Origin: a virus
Lineage: Duplodnaviria > Caudoviricetes
Virus record (IMG/VR): IMGVR_UViG_3300035696_003004
Location: 8,988 to 72,987 of that record
DNA: 64,000 bases
Reading direction: 5' to 3' (one strand)
Below are positions 9,622 to 18,928 of this stretch, piece after piece; the first letter of the stretch is position 1; the number at the start of each line of letters is the position of its first letter. The position numbers were made by a program, and so were the translations under genes. The notes beneath the pieces are model-generated. The model saw only the letters and a program-made list of their open reading frames with translations. It had not been told where the DNA came from and did no database searches.

Positions 9622-10332
9622 GTGAAAGTGATTGTTGCTGGAAGCCGTTCCGTTAATGATTCAGCCCTCGTTGACTTGGCCATTCAAAAAAGTGGTTTTG
9701 AGATTACCGAGGAAGTTTGTGGAATGGCCATAGGCGTTGATCTTTTAGGTAGAGGTTGGGCGAAAGCGCACAACATTCCGGTCAAGGAAATGCCGGCCAA
9801 TTGGCGACCAAACGGAACGCTTGAACGTGATGCTGGTTATCGGTGAAATGAGCAAATGGCGGAATACGCCGAGGCATTGATAGCTGTTTGGGACGGCGAA
9901 AGCCACGGTATTAAACAGATGATTGAAGTAGCTCAAAAGGCGGGGCTCAAGGTATTTGTCTATCGCCTTCCTATTTTTGTATTTGGAAGCAATCTAAAAG
10001 GCATTCATGGGGCTGGTGCCGCCCGTACAGCGTGCAAAGAATATGGAGCCCAACCAGGGGTTGGCGAAGGACGTACTGGCCGCGCTTACGCGATCCCTAC
10101 TAAAGATGCACCGTATCAGCGCCGGGACATTTGGAAGATCCGCGCTAGCATACAAAATTTTTTAGAATACGCCAAGTATCATTCTGAATTGGATTTTTGG
10201 GTGACTCGTGTTGGTTGCGGGCTTGCTGGGTACAAAGATTCCGACATTGCGCCTTCGTTCGCAGATGCACCTCCAAACTGCCAATTTGATCCTGCCTGGA
10301 AAAAATTTGGTTTAAAAAGTTGGGAAATTTAG
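9622..10332 (+). pseudogene. SLOG (YspA/DUF2493-like) domain fused to an IFVFGSN-family phage domain, interrupted by in-frame TGA at 9844-9846
   Basis: VIVAGSR..VCGMA.GVD..G..WA and NEQMAEYAEALIAVWDG are one domain split by CGG-TGA-AAT in frame; second domain IFVFGSNLKGIHGAGAA...YAIPTK. Confidence 0.75.
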
Positions 10333-10334
10333 CT

Positions 10335-10955
10335 ATGGAAATTGCTGCTATCTCGGATACGCATGGCTATGATTTCGATCTGCCGACGGCGGATGTATTA
10401 GTGTGTGCCGGCGATATGACGGCGACGGGTCGATGGGAGCAAATGATTGCCGTTGGCGAATATATAAAATCCGCAGCTTACGATCATGTAATTTTGGTGC
10501 CGGGCAATCACGATTTATGTTTTGAGAAAGCTTTGGAGTTGGCTGCTTACAACTTCCCATACAACTTTCATTTGCTGGTAGACCAAGCTTGTGAGTATCA
10601 AGAGCATGTTTTTTATGGATAACCGTGGACTCCGCCATTTATGAATTGGGCGTTTATGCGTTCAGAAGACGAGTTGCGATGCTTGTATCGCAATATGCCG
10701 GCCGAGATTGATGTATTGATAACCCATGGACCCCCTGCTGGCGTGCTAGATAATCATTGTGGCTCGACTGCGTTGCGGGAAGCCGTGGAAGCGCGTAAAG
10801 TTCATTATCATGTTTTCGGTCATATACATGAATGCGGTGGTCTTCACCAACAACTAACAAGTAATGGCCAAAAAACCGATTGCTATAATGTGGCGGCGCT
10901 GGGGCTAGACTATCGGCCACCAACGCGCGCGCCACGTATTATTCACGCTGTCTAA
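10335..10955 (+). pseudogene. Metallophosphoesterase interrupted by in-frame TAA at 10620-10622
   Basis: SDTH, AGD, PGNHD, then FYG*PWTP, THGPP and GHIHE motifs in the same frame. Confidence 0.85.
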
Positions 10956-10974
10956 AACAGTTTTATGTGAAGGA

Positions 10975-11388
10975 GTGAAAATGAACAAGCAAGGAAATTC
11001 AAAGGTGGCTGATCCTGAATTTAAGTGTTTGGAACCTGGATGTGGAGAAGTTTGCAAAGATAAACGCTCGTTGGGAATGCATCGCTGGTTTAAACATCAT
11101 ATAAGGGGCGTCTCTTATCGTGGCGTTAATACGGCTCGTAAGGCAGTGGGTCGGCCTAAAGGCTCGGGAATACAAAAAGGGTTAGCCATGCCAGCGACTA
11201 GTCAAGTGATTCCGCCCTTTCTAGCCGTTCGGACCACCTCGGTACCTGCCATCAGCGCGGAATTGGTGGGATATGCGCTTGGAAAAATCGAAAGTCTTGC
11301 CGAGCAAATTGCGCATGACAATGAGGTTCCTACACGGGAATTTGTCGGGCGAATAATGACATATTATGCCGAAATGGCAAGGCGATAG
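10975..11388 (+). CDS. C2H2 Zn-finger protein
   Basis: FKCLEPGCGEVCKDKRSLGMHRWFKH; AAGGAG SD. Confidence 0.65.
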   Translation: MKMNKQGNSKVADPEFKCLEPGCGEVCKDKRSLGMHRWFKHHIRGVSYRGVNTARKAVGRPKGSGIQKGLAMPATSQVIPPFLAVRTTSVPAISAELVGYALGKIESLAEQIAHDNEVPTREFVGRIMTYYAEMARR

Positions 11389-11458
11389 GGCGTCCAAGTA
11401 ATCGCCGTCAAAATTTGTTTTGGCGGCGATTTTTGGGATTTATTGCATGGGGGAAGTA

Positions 11459-11707
11459 ATGGAAAGAGATTCAACCACTCTACCGCATATAGAAATGATG
11501 ATGTGGGTTGTATACGATCACCCACTTGATTATCCTCAAAAATATGTCGCAAGGTTGTGGAATATTAATGGAGATCATCCGGCTGCAACTAACGTAATCG
11601 CTTTAGCGGATACTCTTGTGGAGATTCGGCAAATGCTACCCGAAGGGCTATCTCGATTGGAGCGATTTGACGGCGATGATGAATGCATTGTAGAGGTATG
11701 GTTATGA
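11459..11707 (+). CDS. Hypothetical protein
   Basis: GGGGG SD; VVYDHPLDYP..YVAR..DDECIVEVWL. Confidence 0.6.
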   Translation: MERDSTTLPHIEMMMWVVYDHPLDYPQKYVARLWNINGDHPAATNVIALADTLVEIRQMLPEGLSRLERFDGDDECIVEVWL

Positions 11708-12129
11708 AAATCAATTTGAAAAATTTCGAGAGCAAAATTTTTTGGAAGCATATGCGTATGTTTTTGCCCGCGATTATTGTTCTTTGGGCGGTTATTGCAG
11801 GCGTGCAAATAACACTTGATATTACAGCGCACAATTTTATTGGAGTAGCTTGTATTTCTGCTATAGCATTGTTTTTAGTTGCACTTGTTTTTGTGTATGA
11901 TTATTGGACCATAAAACTTATGGAGATTATGTATAAAGATAGAGATAGTATGCTAAAAGTGGTAAGGCATTTGGCAAATGAACTAGTTGCCTTGCACAAC
12001 ATAGCTTTATGTGCGATGGCGATGCAGACATCAATTGAGAAAGGTTTAGTGCCTAACACGGGAGCATTAAAGCATTATTTAGAAATTTATGAAATGATGC
12101 GTCCTAAAGAAAATGAAAAACCTAATTGA
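11704..12129 (+). CDS. Membrane protein (2 TM)
   Basis: Two hydrophobic helices at the N-terminus; GAGG SD. Confidence 0.6.
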   Translation: MKINLKNFESKIFWKHMRMFLPAIIVLWAVIAGVQITLDITAHNFIGVACISAIALFLVALVFVYDYWTIKLMEIMYKDRDSMLKVVRHLANELVALHNIALCAMAMQTSIEKGLVPNTGALKHYLEIYEMMRPKENEKPN

Positions 12130-12186
12130 CTAAGTGCGTTATGATACTTTACAGAATCCGCCTAGCGGCGAGAAGTAAGGTGCAAT

Positions 12187-12624
12187 ATGGCAAAGAGCGT
12201 AAACAAAGTCATTTTGTTAGGCAACGTTGGGAAAGACCCGGAGATTCGGGCGTTGCCAAGCGGTACAAAAGTTGCTAGCTGGACGTTGGCGACGAGCGAG
12301 CGCTTTAAGGACAGTTCCGGCAACTGGCAAGAGCGTACGGAATGGCATAATTTGGTTGCATATGCCCGGTTAGCCGAAGTTGTTGAAAAGTTTGTGACCA
12401 AAGGCGGCAAGCTGTACATTGAAGGCAAGATCGAAACGCATTCCTGGAACGATACGCGGTCTGGTGAGAAGAAATATCAAACGCAGATCAAGGTGGAAGA
12501 TTTGTTGTTGCTGAATGCGCAGCCAAACAGTGAGCCAACGCATGCAGAGGCGCAGCCGCAGCGCCAAACACAAGCGAGAACGGCAACAATGGCGCAAGTT
12601 GATGATTGGGATGATTTTCGCTAG
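12187..12624 (+). CDS. ssb: Single-stranded DNA-binding protein
   Basis: SVNKVILLGNVGKDPEIR...TEWHNLV...LYIEGKI; acidic C-terminal tail DDWDDF. Confidence 0.97.
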   Translation: MAKSVNKVILLGNVGKDPEIRALPSGTKVASWTLATSERFKDSSGNWQERTEWHNLVAYARLAEVVEKFVTKGGKLYIEGKIETHSWNDTRSGEKKYQTQIKVEDLLLLNAQPNSEPTHAEAQPQRQTQARTATMAQVDDWDDFR

Positions 12625-12768
12625 CGATCAGTTGTCGGCACTATTAGTAAGTTATTTGAAAACAAGGCATTACAATATAATGTAAATTTATTGGCGCAGA
12701 TTAGATGAAAAGTGGGCGCTAAATGGATGCCATGAGGTTTTTATTGGCCAATGTGGGCGGTAATGAAG

Positions 12769-13113
12769 CTATTTACCGCCCGCTTTGGCTATGACAATTG
12801 CTGCCTTTAGTGCTTCAATGAGTGTGTTTTCATTGGCGATTACGCCATGTCCGCACATACCGCCCCTACAGTTTACAATGCCGAACGGCCAGCTATTGAA
12901 TTCAATGTAAATGGAAAATGGGAAAACAGTGACACTGTGAGAGGAAGCTATGGATTTGTCATGGGGATTGATAGCAAACCACCATTGCTTATCGACTTGG
13001 TGCTCTAGACAACCGGGCAAATCTTTGATGCTTTGGTAGCCCAGCTCAATGCATAGATCGCAAATAGTGGCGAAGACGGCGTTGACTTCTTCTGGCTGTT
13101 TGGCTTCGATCAT
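12769..13113 (-). CDS. Hypothetical protein
   Basis: GAGG SD; overlaps the stop of the upstream minus-strand ORF. Confidence 0.6.
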   Translation of the reverse strand: MIEAKQPEEVNAVFATICDLCIELGYQSIKDLPGCLEHQVDKQWWFAINPHDKSIASSHSVTVFPFSIYIEFNSWPFGIVNCRGGMCGHGVIANENTLIEALKAAIVIAKAGGK

Positions 13114-13316
13114 AAGTCGTATCCTCTAACTTTGTGGGGCGTTGGCAAGACGATGATTGGTCGCTGGCGCTGCTGCAGCTTGTGCCCATTCCATTCGCGT
13201 GAGCGGCAAGTGTGATTGGCGCAGACCGTTGGCGGGTGCTTATTTAGTGAATCCCATTTGTACTGGCAGACATTGCAAACGCAATGCCAGCAACGAACAT
13301 AACCGCGGCGAATCAT
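13110..13316 (-). CDS. Zn-ribbon protein
   Basis: CNVC..W...C.N..CRSREWN; paralogous to 8909-9145. Confidence 0.6.
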   Translation of the reverse strand: MIRRGYVRCWHCVCNVCQYKWDSLNKHPPTVCANHTCRSREWNGHKLQQRQRPIIVLPTPHKVRGYDL

Positions 13317-13464
13317 TGTTCCTCACTTGCTTGTCCTTTGGTTTGGCTTGATTATGTCTCTACAATATCAATTTCTTAATTACCCAAAGAACAAATAGTA
13401 GCGTACAAAGTACACCAATGATAAATCCAACTGTAAAAGCCTCAAGTATTGTCATAATGTCCAT

Positions 13465-13686
13465 TTAAAGATTGTTTGTAAGTACCTCGTTTTTGTAGTG
13501 TTTGGCGCGAAGACGAAGATTTGGATTATGCGCGAACGGGGACACGGCGATAAACTTTTCGGCGGCGTACTGCCGCAATTCAATGTCGTCCCACTCTGTC
13601 GGCATGGCATCGATTTTTGACAAAACGAGATTCTGAACTGCGCTAAACAGTTCACGGATAAAGTCTGCTTTTTGGATATTGGTCAT
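13465..13686 (-). CDS. Hypothetical protein
   Basis: GAGG SD; 73 aa. Confidence 0.55.
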   Translation of the reverse strand: MTNIQKADFIRELFSAVQNLVLSKIDAMPTEWDDIELRQYAAEKFIAVSPFAHNPNLRLRAKHYKNEVLTNNL

Positions 13687-13835
13687 AAGTTTTTACCTCG
13701 ATTCTCCACCCTTTCTGAAACACGATACTTCTTATATACGCCTTTTTTCCTGTTTTTGCTATACCCCTTTATATATTATATTTTAATTGACGATACAAAC
13801 GGGTTTATGTATATTGTTGTAGGGGAACAAAAGAG

Positions 13836-14042
13836 ATGCCGAAAACAATTGTGGGGATTTTGCCGGAGATCGAGAATTTGGGGCGTTTAGCCGCGCAGTA
13901 TAGAGACAAGGCGGCAGCGTGTCCTGCTGGCACGTGGGAGCGATACAACCTTATGATCCTGGCGGAAATGTATACTCAAGCGCAAGCCGATTTGCTGCTG
14001 AACACGCCGCCGCAGCCGTTCCAACTTGGCACGCAGTGCTGA
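13836..14042 (+). CDS. Hypothetical protein
   Basis: 68-aa ORF after an AT-rich divergent promoter region. Confidence 0.45.
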   Translation: MPKTIVGILPEIENLGRLAAQYRDKAAACPAGTWERYNLMILAEMYTQAQADLLLNTPPQPFQLGTQC

Positions 14043-14098
14043 AAAATTTAAATGGTTTATTTGGGTTCAGGTATACTGAAAAGGTCAAGGGGTCGATT

Positions 14099-14362
14099 AT
14101 GACGGATACACAATTGTGGCTGGCAATAGGCATTCCGAGTTTTATGGTGTTGCTCGGGATTTTCCTGAACATGAATTCCATTAAAGCGCTGCGGAACGAA
14201 ATGGAAAGCCGCTTTACTGGGATAGAAAACTGTTTTACAGGAATTGAAGCACGGCTGATTGCGATTGAAGGGGATATGCGGCGTTTCTACGAGATTTTGG
14301 GCGAGCATTCCGGGAAGATCGAGAGCTATAACGCGCGCCTTACGAACCTTGAGCGGAAATAG
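14099..14362 (+). CDS. Small N-terminal TM plus coiled-coil protein (type I recall from Acidobacteria genomes)
   Basis: MTDTQLWLAIGIPSFMVLLGIFLN followed by heptads (RFTGIENCFTGIEARL). Confidence 0.65.
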   Translation: MTDTQLWLAIGIPSFMVLLGIFLNMNSIKALRNEMESRFTGIENCFTGIEARLIAIEGDMRRFYEILGEHSGKIESYNARLTNLERK

Positions 14363-14385
14363 AACGCGCTAAATACAAGTTCAGG

Positions 14386-14410
14386 CCGGGCCACGTGCCC
14401 GGATTTTTTG
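14386..14410 (+). terminator. Intrinsic terminator
   Basis: CCGGGC-cacgt-GCCCGG followed by ATTTTTTG. Confidence 0.65.
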
Positions 14411-14411
14411 T

Positions 14412-14426
14412 GTCCAGGATCTGGAC
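14412..14426. promoter_or_regulatory. 15-bp palindrome GTCCA-N5-TGGAC, copy 1 of 4
   Basis: GTCCAGGATCTGGAC; also at 18597, 19207 and 20640. Confidence 0.55.
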
Positions 14427-14805
14427 TGAAACAGAACGCGCCCCTTGCGGGGCGCGAGCGTGCAACACTTTTATACAGTGAACAGCGGTGTTTTACACAG
14501 CAGATGCCGTCATCTGTCGCCGACAACGGCTAGAGGTTATTTTAGGGCTTTTACGATCTTTGTCAACAAAAAACCGGGCCGAAGCCGGCCCGGCACAAGT
14601 GGTGCAGTGGTGAAAACCGTTAATCTGCCAATCCCAATTGCTAGGCGCGGGCGTGGTAAGGCATTATACGCGCGGGCAATCAGAGCACGCCATCTTCACA
14701 CGCTGCGGCTTGTGTATCGATGTAATCCATACCTCGTGCCCGCAGCTCAGCAAGACGCACCAACGTAATGGATTGACTGGCGATTGGTCGATACGCTGGA
14801 CAGTT

Positions 14806-15072
14806 TTAATCTGCAATTGTTTCATCTTGATCCTTCTCTGACACTGCGTTTTTCCGACAAATGTCGTACAGCTCTGTTGTCGTTTTGGGCTCGACATCGG
14901 CGACGATCATGTTGACGAAAGCCTCTTCGGGCGGTTCGTCGCCAAGTTTGATGGTGGTGCGCATGGCGGGTTCTACGTCTTCAACATCGTAGTCTACAAC
15001 AGCCACAGAGACGGGTTCATTGCTCAAAACTTGCTGCACAATTCCGCCTTCCATAATCAAAACGATTTTCAT
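14806..15072 (-). CDS. Hypothetical protein
   Basis: AGGAG SD; MKIVLIMEGGIVQQV..VVDYD is a common small phage ORF type. Confidence 0.65.
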   Translation of the reverse strand: MKIVLIMEGGIVQQVLSNEPVSVAVVDYDVEDVEPAMRTTIKLGDEPPEEAFVNMIVADVEPKTTTELYDICRKNAVSEKDQDETIAD

Positions 15073-15503
15073 TGTTTATGCTCCTGTCCGAAATTTGGTT
15101 GATAAAGAACATGATTATTCTGGATGTGGAGTACCAATTGTTCGATTTCGCGCCGCCGCGGTTTTTCGAGTAGCCCGGCCCTAATGTAGGCATGTACCTT
15201 TGCGGCAGTAAGAAACTCAATTTCCGTGTAGTTGGACTCGTCTCCATAATCGTTATAGAGTTGTTTCCTGGTAATTTCTCCGGAGGCGTCCACCATTTGA
15301 CCGTCTAAGCAGCGGCAATAAGCGTGGACCAAAACGCGACTGTTGTCTGTTTTATCTTTATCCAGCGCCTTGTTATTCCAAAGAAATTCGATGGTATAGT
15401 AAAAAGCCTGATTGAGCGCCAGCGCAAAGATGTGGGAGCGTTTGTGCAAATAAATTCCTGCGTTAAATGGTTGTATTTTTTTGTCGCCTATCATGAGCGT
15501 CAA
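15069..15503 (-). CDS. Hypothetical protein
   Basis: Coupled minus-strand ORF with a good SD. Confidence 0.6.
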   Translation of the reverse strand: MTLMIGDKKIQPFNAGIYLHKRSHIFALALNQAFYYTIEFLWNNKALDKDKTDNSRVLVHAYCRCLDGQMVDASGEITRKQLYNDYGDESNYTEIEFLTAAKVHAYIRAGLLEKPRRREIEQLVLHIQNNHVLYQPNFGQEHKQ

Positions 15504-15521
15504 ATTCCCTTGTTGGTTGAG

Positions 15522-16046
15522 TTAGCTGTTTTTGGGTTGGGGCGGCATGGCCGCAGTGACAGCATTCAAGGTCATGAGGATGGCCAGGCCGGTAATGCTC
15601 AGCCATTCGACGGCCGAAAGGGTAAGAATGCCCTCGAGCAGTACGACAAAGCCAATCGCCTTGAGTTTACTGTGGAAGTAGCTGAGCGCCCAAAGAAAAA
15701 CGCTGGTGGAAGAATAGAGCAAGCCACCGGCCACCAGCGCCCACAAATAAGGCCGTTTGGCGACTTCCTGGTGGATAAGGGTATAGCTGCCCAAAGGAAT
15801 GAAGCCGCCGACTAAAAGGCCGCCAATGGCGAACAGGCGATTGCCGCGGCGAAAGGCATAGAGCAGTTGATCGGTGAGGTTGTTGCTGGTTGCAAGATCC
15901 CGCGCACGGCGTTGAGTCGTTGTCAGCTTGGGGCGTCCCCGGCGGCGCTTGGGCGCGCGCAGGACAGGCTGTTCGGCCGCTTCGGGCCTCTCGATACTCT
16001 CTTGGGCTGGAATCACGGATAGCATGGAAACATCCCCCTCGATCAA
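15522..16046 (-). CDS. Membrane protein with basic N-terminus (4 TM)
   Basis: RRRGRPK followed by four hydrophobic segments; likely start 16025. Confidence 0.6.
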   Translation of the reverse strand: MIEGDVSMLSVIPAQESIERPEAAEQPVLRAPKRRRGRPKLTTTQRRARDLATSNNLTDQLLYAFRRGNRLFAIGGLLVGGFIPLGSYTLIHQEVAKRPYLWALVAGGLLYSSTSVFLWALSYFHSKLKAIGFVVLLEGILTLSAVEWLSITGLAILMTLNAVTAAMPPQPKNS

Positions 16047-16058
16047 ACTTTATTATCA

Positions 16059-16087
16059 ACTATACCAAAGGGGTTTATATTTGTCAA
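16059..16087 (-). promoter_or_regulatory. Strong sigma70-type early promoter
   Basis: Minus strand TTGACA-17 bp-TATAGT. Confidence 0.75.
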
Positions 16088-16206
16088 TAAAAAAGATTGA
16101 GGAAGAAAAATTGGGCGCATATCAAAAGCAAAAAAGCCGGGATTACGTACCCGGCCCCCGTTACCAACGGGACGTTTTGCCTACCTTGGAGTTGGCGCAG
16201 CAAAAA

Positions 16207-16503
16207 TCAAGCTTGTGAGTCTCTATAGTCTTTCCAGCGTCCGTGCTGGCGGAAAAATGCGATGCCGGCCAGCTCTTCGTTAAGTTTTTCTATGAGCTGC
16301 TTGGCTTCGGCTTCGCTTAGCTCGAGGCACATATGCTGGGTTTCGTGATTTTTGGCGCGCTTGGCGTCTTGGGAATCGCGTTCAAAGGTAAAGGTAATTT
16401 TGGCCGCGTCTTCGATTCGGCTCACGCTGTAAGCGGCAATTCTGCTCTCGATCATCGGCACACGGTTGCATCCGCTGTCGTACCATCGCTTAGATGTTTG
16501 CAT
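16207..16503 (-). CDS. Hypothetical protein
   Basis: GGAG SD; 98 aa. Confidence 0.55.
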   Translation of the reverse strand: MQTSKRWYDSGCNRVPMIESRIAAYSVSRIEDAAKITFTFERDSQDAKRAKNHETQHMCLELSEAEAKQLIEKLNEELAGIAFFRQHGRWKDYRDSQA

Positions 16504-16829
16504 AAGGTTGCTCCATGCCTGTGGTAAGGCTGTAGACGGCGGGGGAGGGCCGCAGTATTGATATTAACTCTTCACTTGCGCACGGCGCGCTACTGGTTCA
16601 ACTGTTCGCAAAGCGTGTCAATGTCTTCGCTGCCCAAGGGCTCGATGGCGCGGCCGTCGTCGAGATAGACGTGCTGTAGCGGGCCCCATAGGATGCGGGA
16701 ATGTTCGCAGTTGGGATCTACAAAAAGGTTTGCGGGTTTGGCTTCAAGATGCTTTTTCATCGCTTTAGGATAACGCAGACAAAAAAGGGTGAAGAAAAAA
16801 TCTCCACCCTTGAAAAAAGTCGACCGGGG

Positions 16830-17084
16830 CTATTCGATGCGCCGTGCGCGCCCGATTCTTCGACCTTCCGCTAAAAATCGACGTTGCCAATAGGCGGAGA
16901 GCTGCATAGCTTCGCTACGCTTTGCCGTCCAGCCCCAATCCGAGTTTTGTTCGGCGCTGGTTTTCGGCGCGCGTTGTGAGCCTTTTGTGCATTGCGGCAA
17001 ACTGCAAACATACCAAACCGGATGAAAAGCGCTTCCGTTTGCCCGTCTGCCGATGTGTGTCTGGACTTCGCTTCCAATTGCCAT
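16830..17084 (-). CDS. Hypothetical protein
   Basis: GGGGG SD; 84 aa. Confidence 0.5.
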   Translation of the reverse strand: MAIGSEVQTHIGRRANGSAFHPVWYVCSLPQCTKGSQRAPKTSAEQNSDWGWTAKRSEAMQLSAYWQRRFLAEGRRIGRARRIE

Positions 17085-17095
17085 TTTTCCCCCCC

Positions 17096-17767
17096 CTATT
17101 TATAGATAGCGCCAAGAGTGCCGTTCCCGCCGGCGCGGGCCATGGCTACGCCTACGCCTACGCGAAAACCTTCGTCGACGTCGCGTTCGCGGGCGATGGT
17201 TTGCTTGGCGTCCGTCGCGTCCGAATCATAGACCGGCCGCACGGAATAGCCGCCGCGGTTTACGAAAATGCCAATGTGGTCGGCGAGCCGATTTTCTTTG
17301 TTGGCGACTTTGCACAGTTGCGTATAGCGTTCTTCGCCCTTCACCTTGTCGATGAGAGCTTCATCGGACATGCCGGCGGCCGCGCCGTAATCGGTGCAGC
17401 TATATACGCATCCGATTCCGAGCAAATACTCGTTATAGGTTTGGTTACGTTCCTGCCGATAGACTTTGAAGGTGAACGATTCCCACCATTCAGGGGGAAT
17501 GGCGTCGCAATTGTTTTCCGGTTCGTGGCCGGTTCCGTGGCAGTTGGGGCAGGTCTCGAGCTGTTGAGTCTGGACGATTATCTCGCCCGTGCCGTGGCAT
17601 TTTTGACAACCACGGCGGCCGCCGCGCTTGCCGCGGCCTGTACCGTGGCATTCCCGGCAAGTCTGCCATTCGTTCGCATAGCGCTTGCCGGTGCTGCCGT
17701 TTTCGCTGCAGCCCCAACAGGGTTTCGATTCGAGAATCACGGTATGCGTTTCGGAATCAAGTCTCAT
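17096..17767 (-). CDS. DnaJ-type Zn-finger (CxxCxGxG repeat) protein
   Basis: CWGC, CRECHGTG, CQKCHGTG, CPNCHGTG; no J domain. Confidence 0.7.
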   Translation of the reverse strand: MRLDSETHTVILESKPCWGCSENGSTGKRYANEWQTCRECHGTGRGKRGGRRGCQKCHGTGEIIVQTQQLETCPNCHGTGHEPENNCDAIPPEWWESFTFKVYRQERNQTYNEYLLGIGCVYSCTDYGAAAGMSDEALIDKVKGEERYTQLCKVANKENRLADHIGIFVNRGGYSVRPVYDSDATDAKQTIARERDVDEGFRVGVGVAMARAGGNGTLGAIYK

Positions 17768-17773
17768 GGTGTT

Positions 17774-17839
17774 CGCTCCATAGCAGCTGGCAGCTGCTAG
17801 AGAAACTATATCATAAAGCGCTTTAGGTTATGCAAGAAA
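17774..17839 (-). repeat. Duplicated early promoter/leader cassette, copy 1
   Basis: Near-identical to 18527-18592; carries extended -10 TGATATAGT, a leader hairpin and GGAG SD. Confidence 0.75.
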
Positions 17840-17895
17840 AAAGAAAAGGCCGATACAGAATGACTGTACCGGCCGCGGCGGGAAAAATTCGCCGA

Positions 17896-18111
17896 CTAAA
17901 GCAGCTGTGAAACCAGTTTTGAGTTTAGGGGCACAATGCCAGTCATTCCCCAAACTTCCACATAATCGCCGTTTGCCGCAAGGACAAAAAACGAGTCATA
18001 ATCTTTCGCGCCGGCGATGGAATCCTTGATTGGGGCGGTATCTTGGCTATCCGATACAAAAGCGTATTCCGGCCCCATTTGAGCAACAATTTTCAATTTG
18101 CGCTCTGCCAT
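17896..18111 (-). CDS. Hypothetical protein
   Basis: AAGG SD; 71 aa. Confidence 0.55.
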   Translation of the reverse strand: MAERKLKIVAQMGPEYAFVSDSQDTAPIKDSIAGAKDYDSFFVLAANGDYVEVWGMTGIVPLNSKLVSQLL

Positions 18112-18175
18112 GACGTTTCCTTACTGCCCGCGAATCAAGCCCACGGGCGGGCAGATTTTAAAAATCGGCAGTGAG

Positions 18176-18520
18176 TTAAACTTTGGGGCTGTTCGCGCGG
18201 CGGCGGACTTCGGCGCGCCATTGCGCGGCGTCGCCGTGGGCGGGCAAGGGAACTTCATCAAACCACGCGATGGGGCAATGGTAGTAAAACGGGCCGCATG
18301 CTTCGTCGATTTCTTTGTGCGAGCCGGCGTCCCATATCATAACCATAATGAACTTTTCAATGGCATTACCGTCTTTCTCGACCTGATAGAGAAACCAGTC
18401 TTCATTGCCGGTGCGAGAATGCTTGATGGCGGTTACGGTAGCGCCGCCCGCCGACTTCCACGGGCCTTTTTGTTGTTTGACGACTTCATCGCGCGATGCA
18501 TGTTCCGTGGTCCACCCCAT
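18176..18520 (-). CDS. Hypothetical protein (DUF6927-like)
   Basis: MGWT...KEIDEACGPFYYHCP..W..W..WR pattern seen in mobile-element early genes. Confidence 0.6.
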   Translation of the reverse strand: MGWTTEHASRDEVVKQQKGPWKSAGGATVTAIKHSRTGNEDWFLYQVEKDGNAIEKFIMVMIWDAGSHKEIDEACGPFYYHCPIAWFDEVPLPAHGDAAQWRAEVRRRANSPKV

Positions 18521-18526
18521 TGTGTA

Positions 18527-18592
18527 CGCTCCATAGCAGCTGGTTGCCGCTAGAGAAACTATATCATAAAGCGGATTGGGTGCGTCAAGAAA
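18527..18592 (-). repeat. Duplicated early promoter/leader cassette, copy 2
   Basis: Matches 17774-17839. Confidence 0.75.
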
Positions 18593-18594
18593 AT

Positions 18595-18611
18595 AAGTCC
18601 ATAATCTGGAC
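18595..18611. repeat. 17-bp direct repeat AAGTCCATAATCTGGAC (left flank of TA module; contains the palindrome)
   Basis: Identical copy at 19205-19221. Confidence 0.8.
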
Positions 18612-18667
18612 GGTTACAAGATGCCCGAACCGTATTACAATGTAATTCAGTGGGAAGGGGAATTGCC

Positions 18668-18928
18668 ATGGCCGCGAATGCACTCGTTCAAACTCGAATC
18701 AACTTCAAAATTAAACAGGAAGCGACGACGGTTCTCGAGTCAATCGGTCTCACCGTTTCGGATGCGGTACGGCTCATGCTTACCCGCGTGGCGCGGGACA
18801 AGGCGCTACCGTTTGAGCCGTTGACTCCGAACAAAAAGACGATTGCGGCCATGCGCGCGGTTCGCGCCGGCAAACTCGAAACCGTTTCGTTAGACGACAT
18901 GCAGGCGATGCTCGATGCGAACGATTAA
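18668..18928 (+). CDS. dinJ: RelB/DinJ-family antitoxin
   Basis: VQTRI..IK.EA..VL..IGLTVSDAVRLMLTRVARDKALPF. Confidence 0.9.
   Translation: MAANALVQTRINFKIKQEATTVLESIGLTVSDAVRLMLTRVARDKALPFEPLTPNKKTIAAMRAVRAGKLETVSLDDMQAMLDAND

Noticed and set aside
16922-17800. 292-aa plus-strand ORF, and similar shadows at 15324-15815, 18098-18553 and 22541-23032
   Set aside because: They are antisense shadows of motif-bearing genes on the other strand in GC-rich sequence and have no recognisable features.
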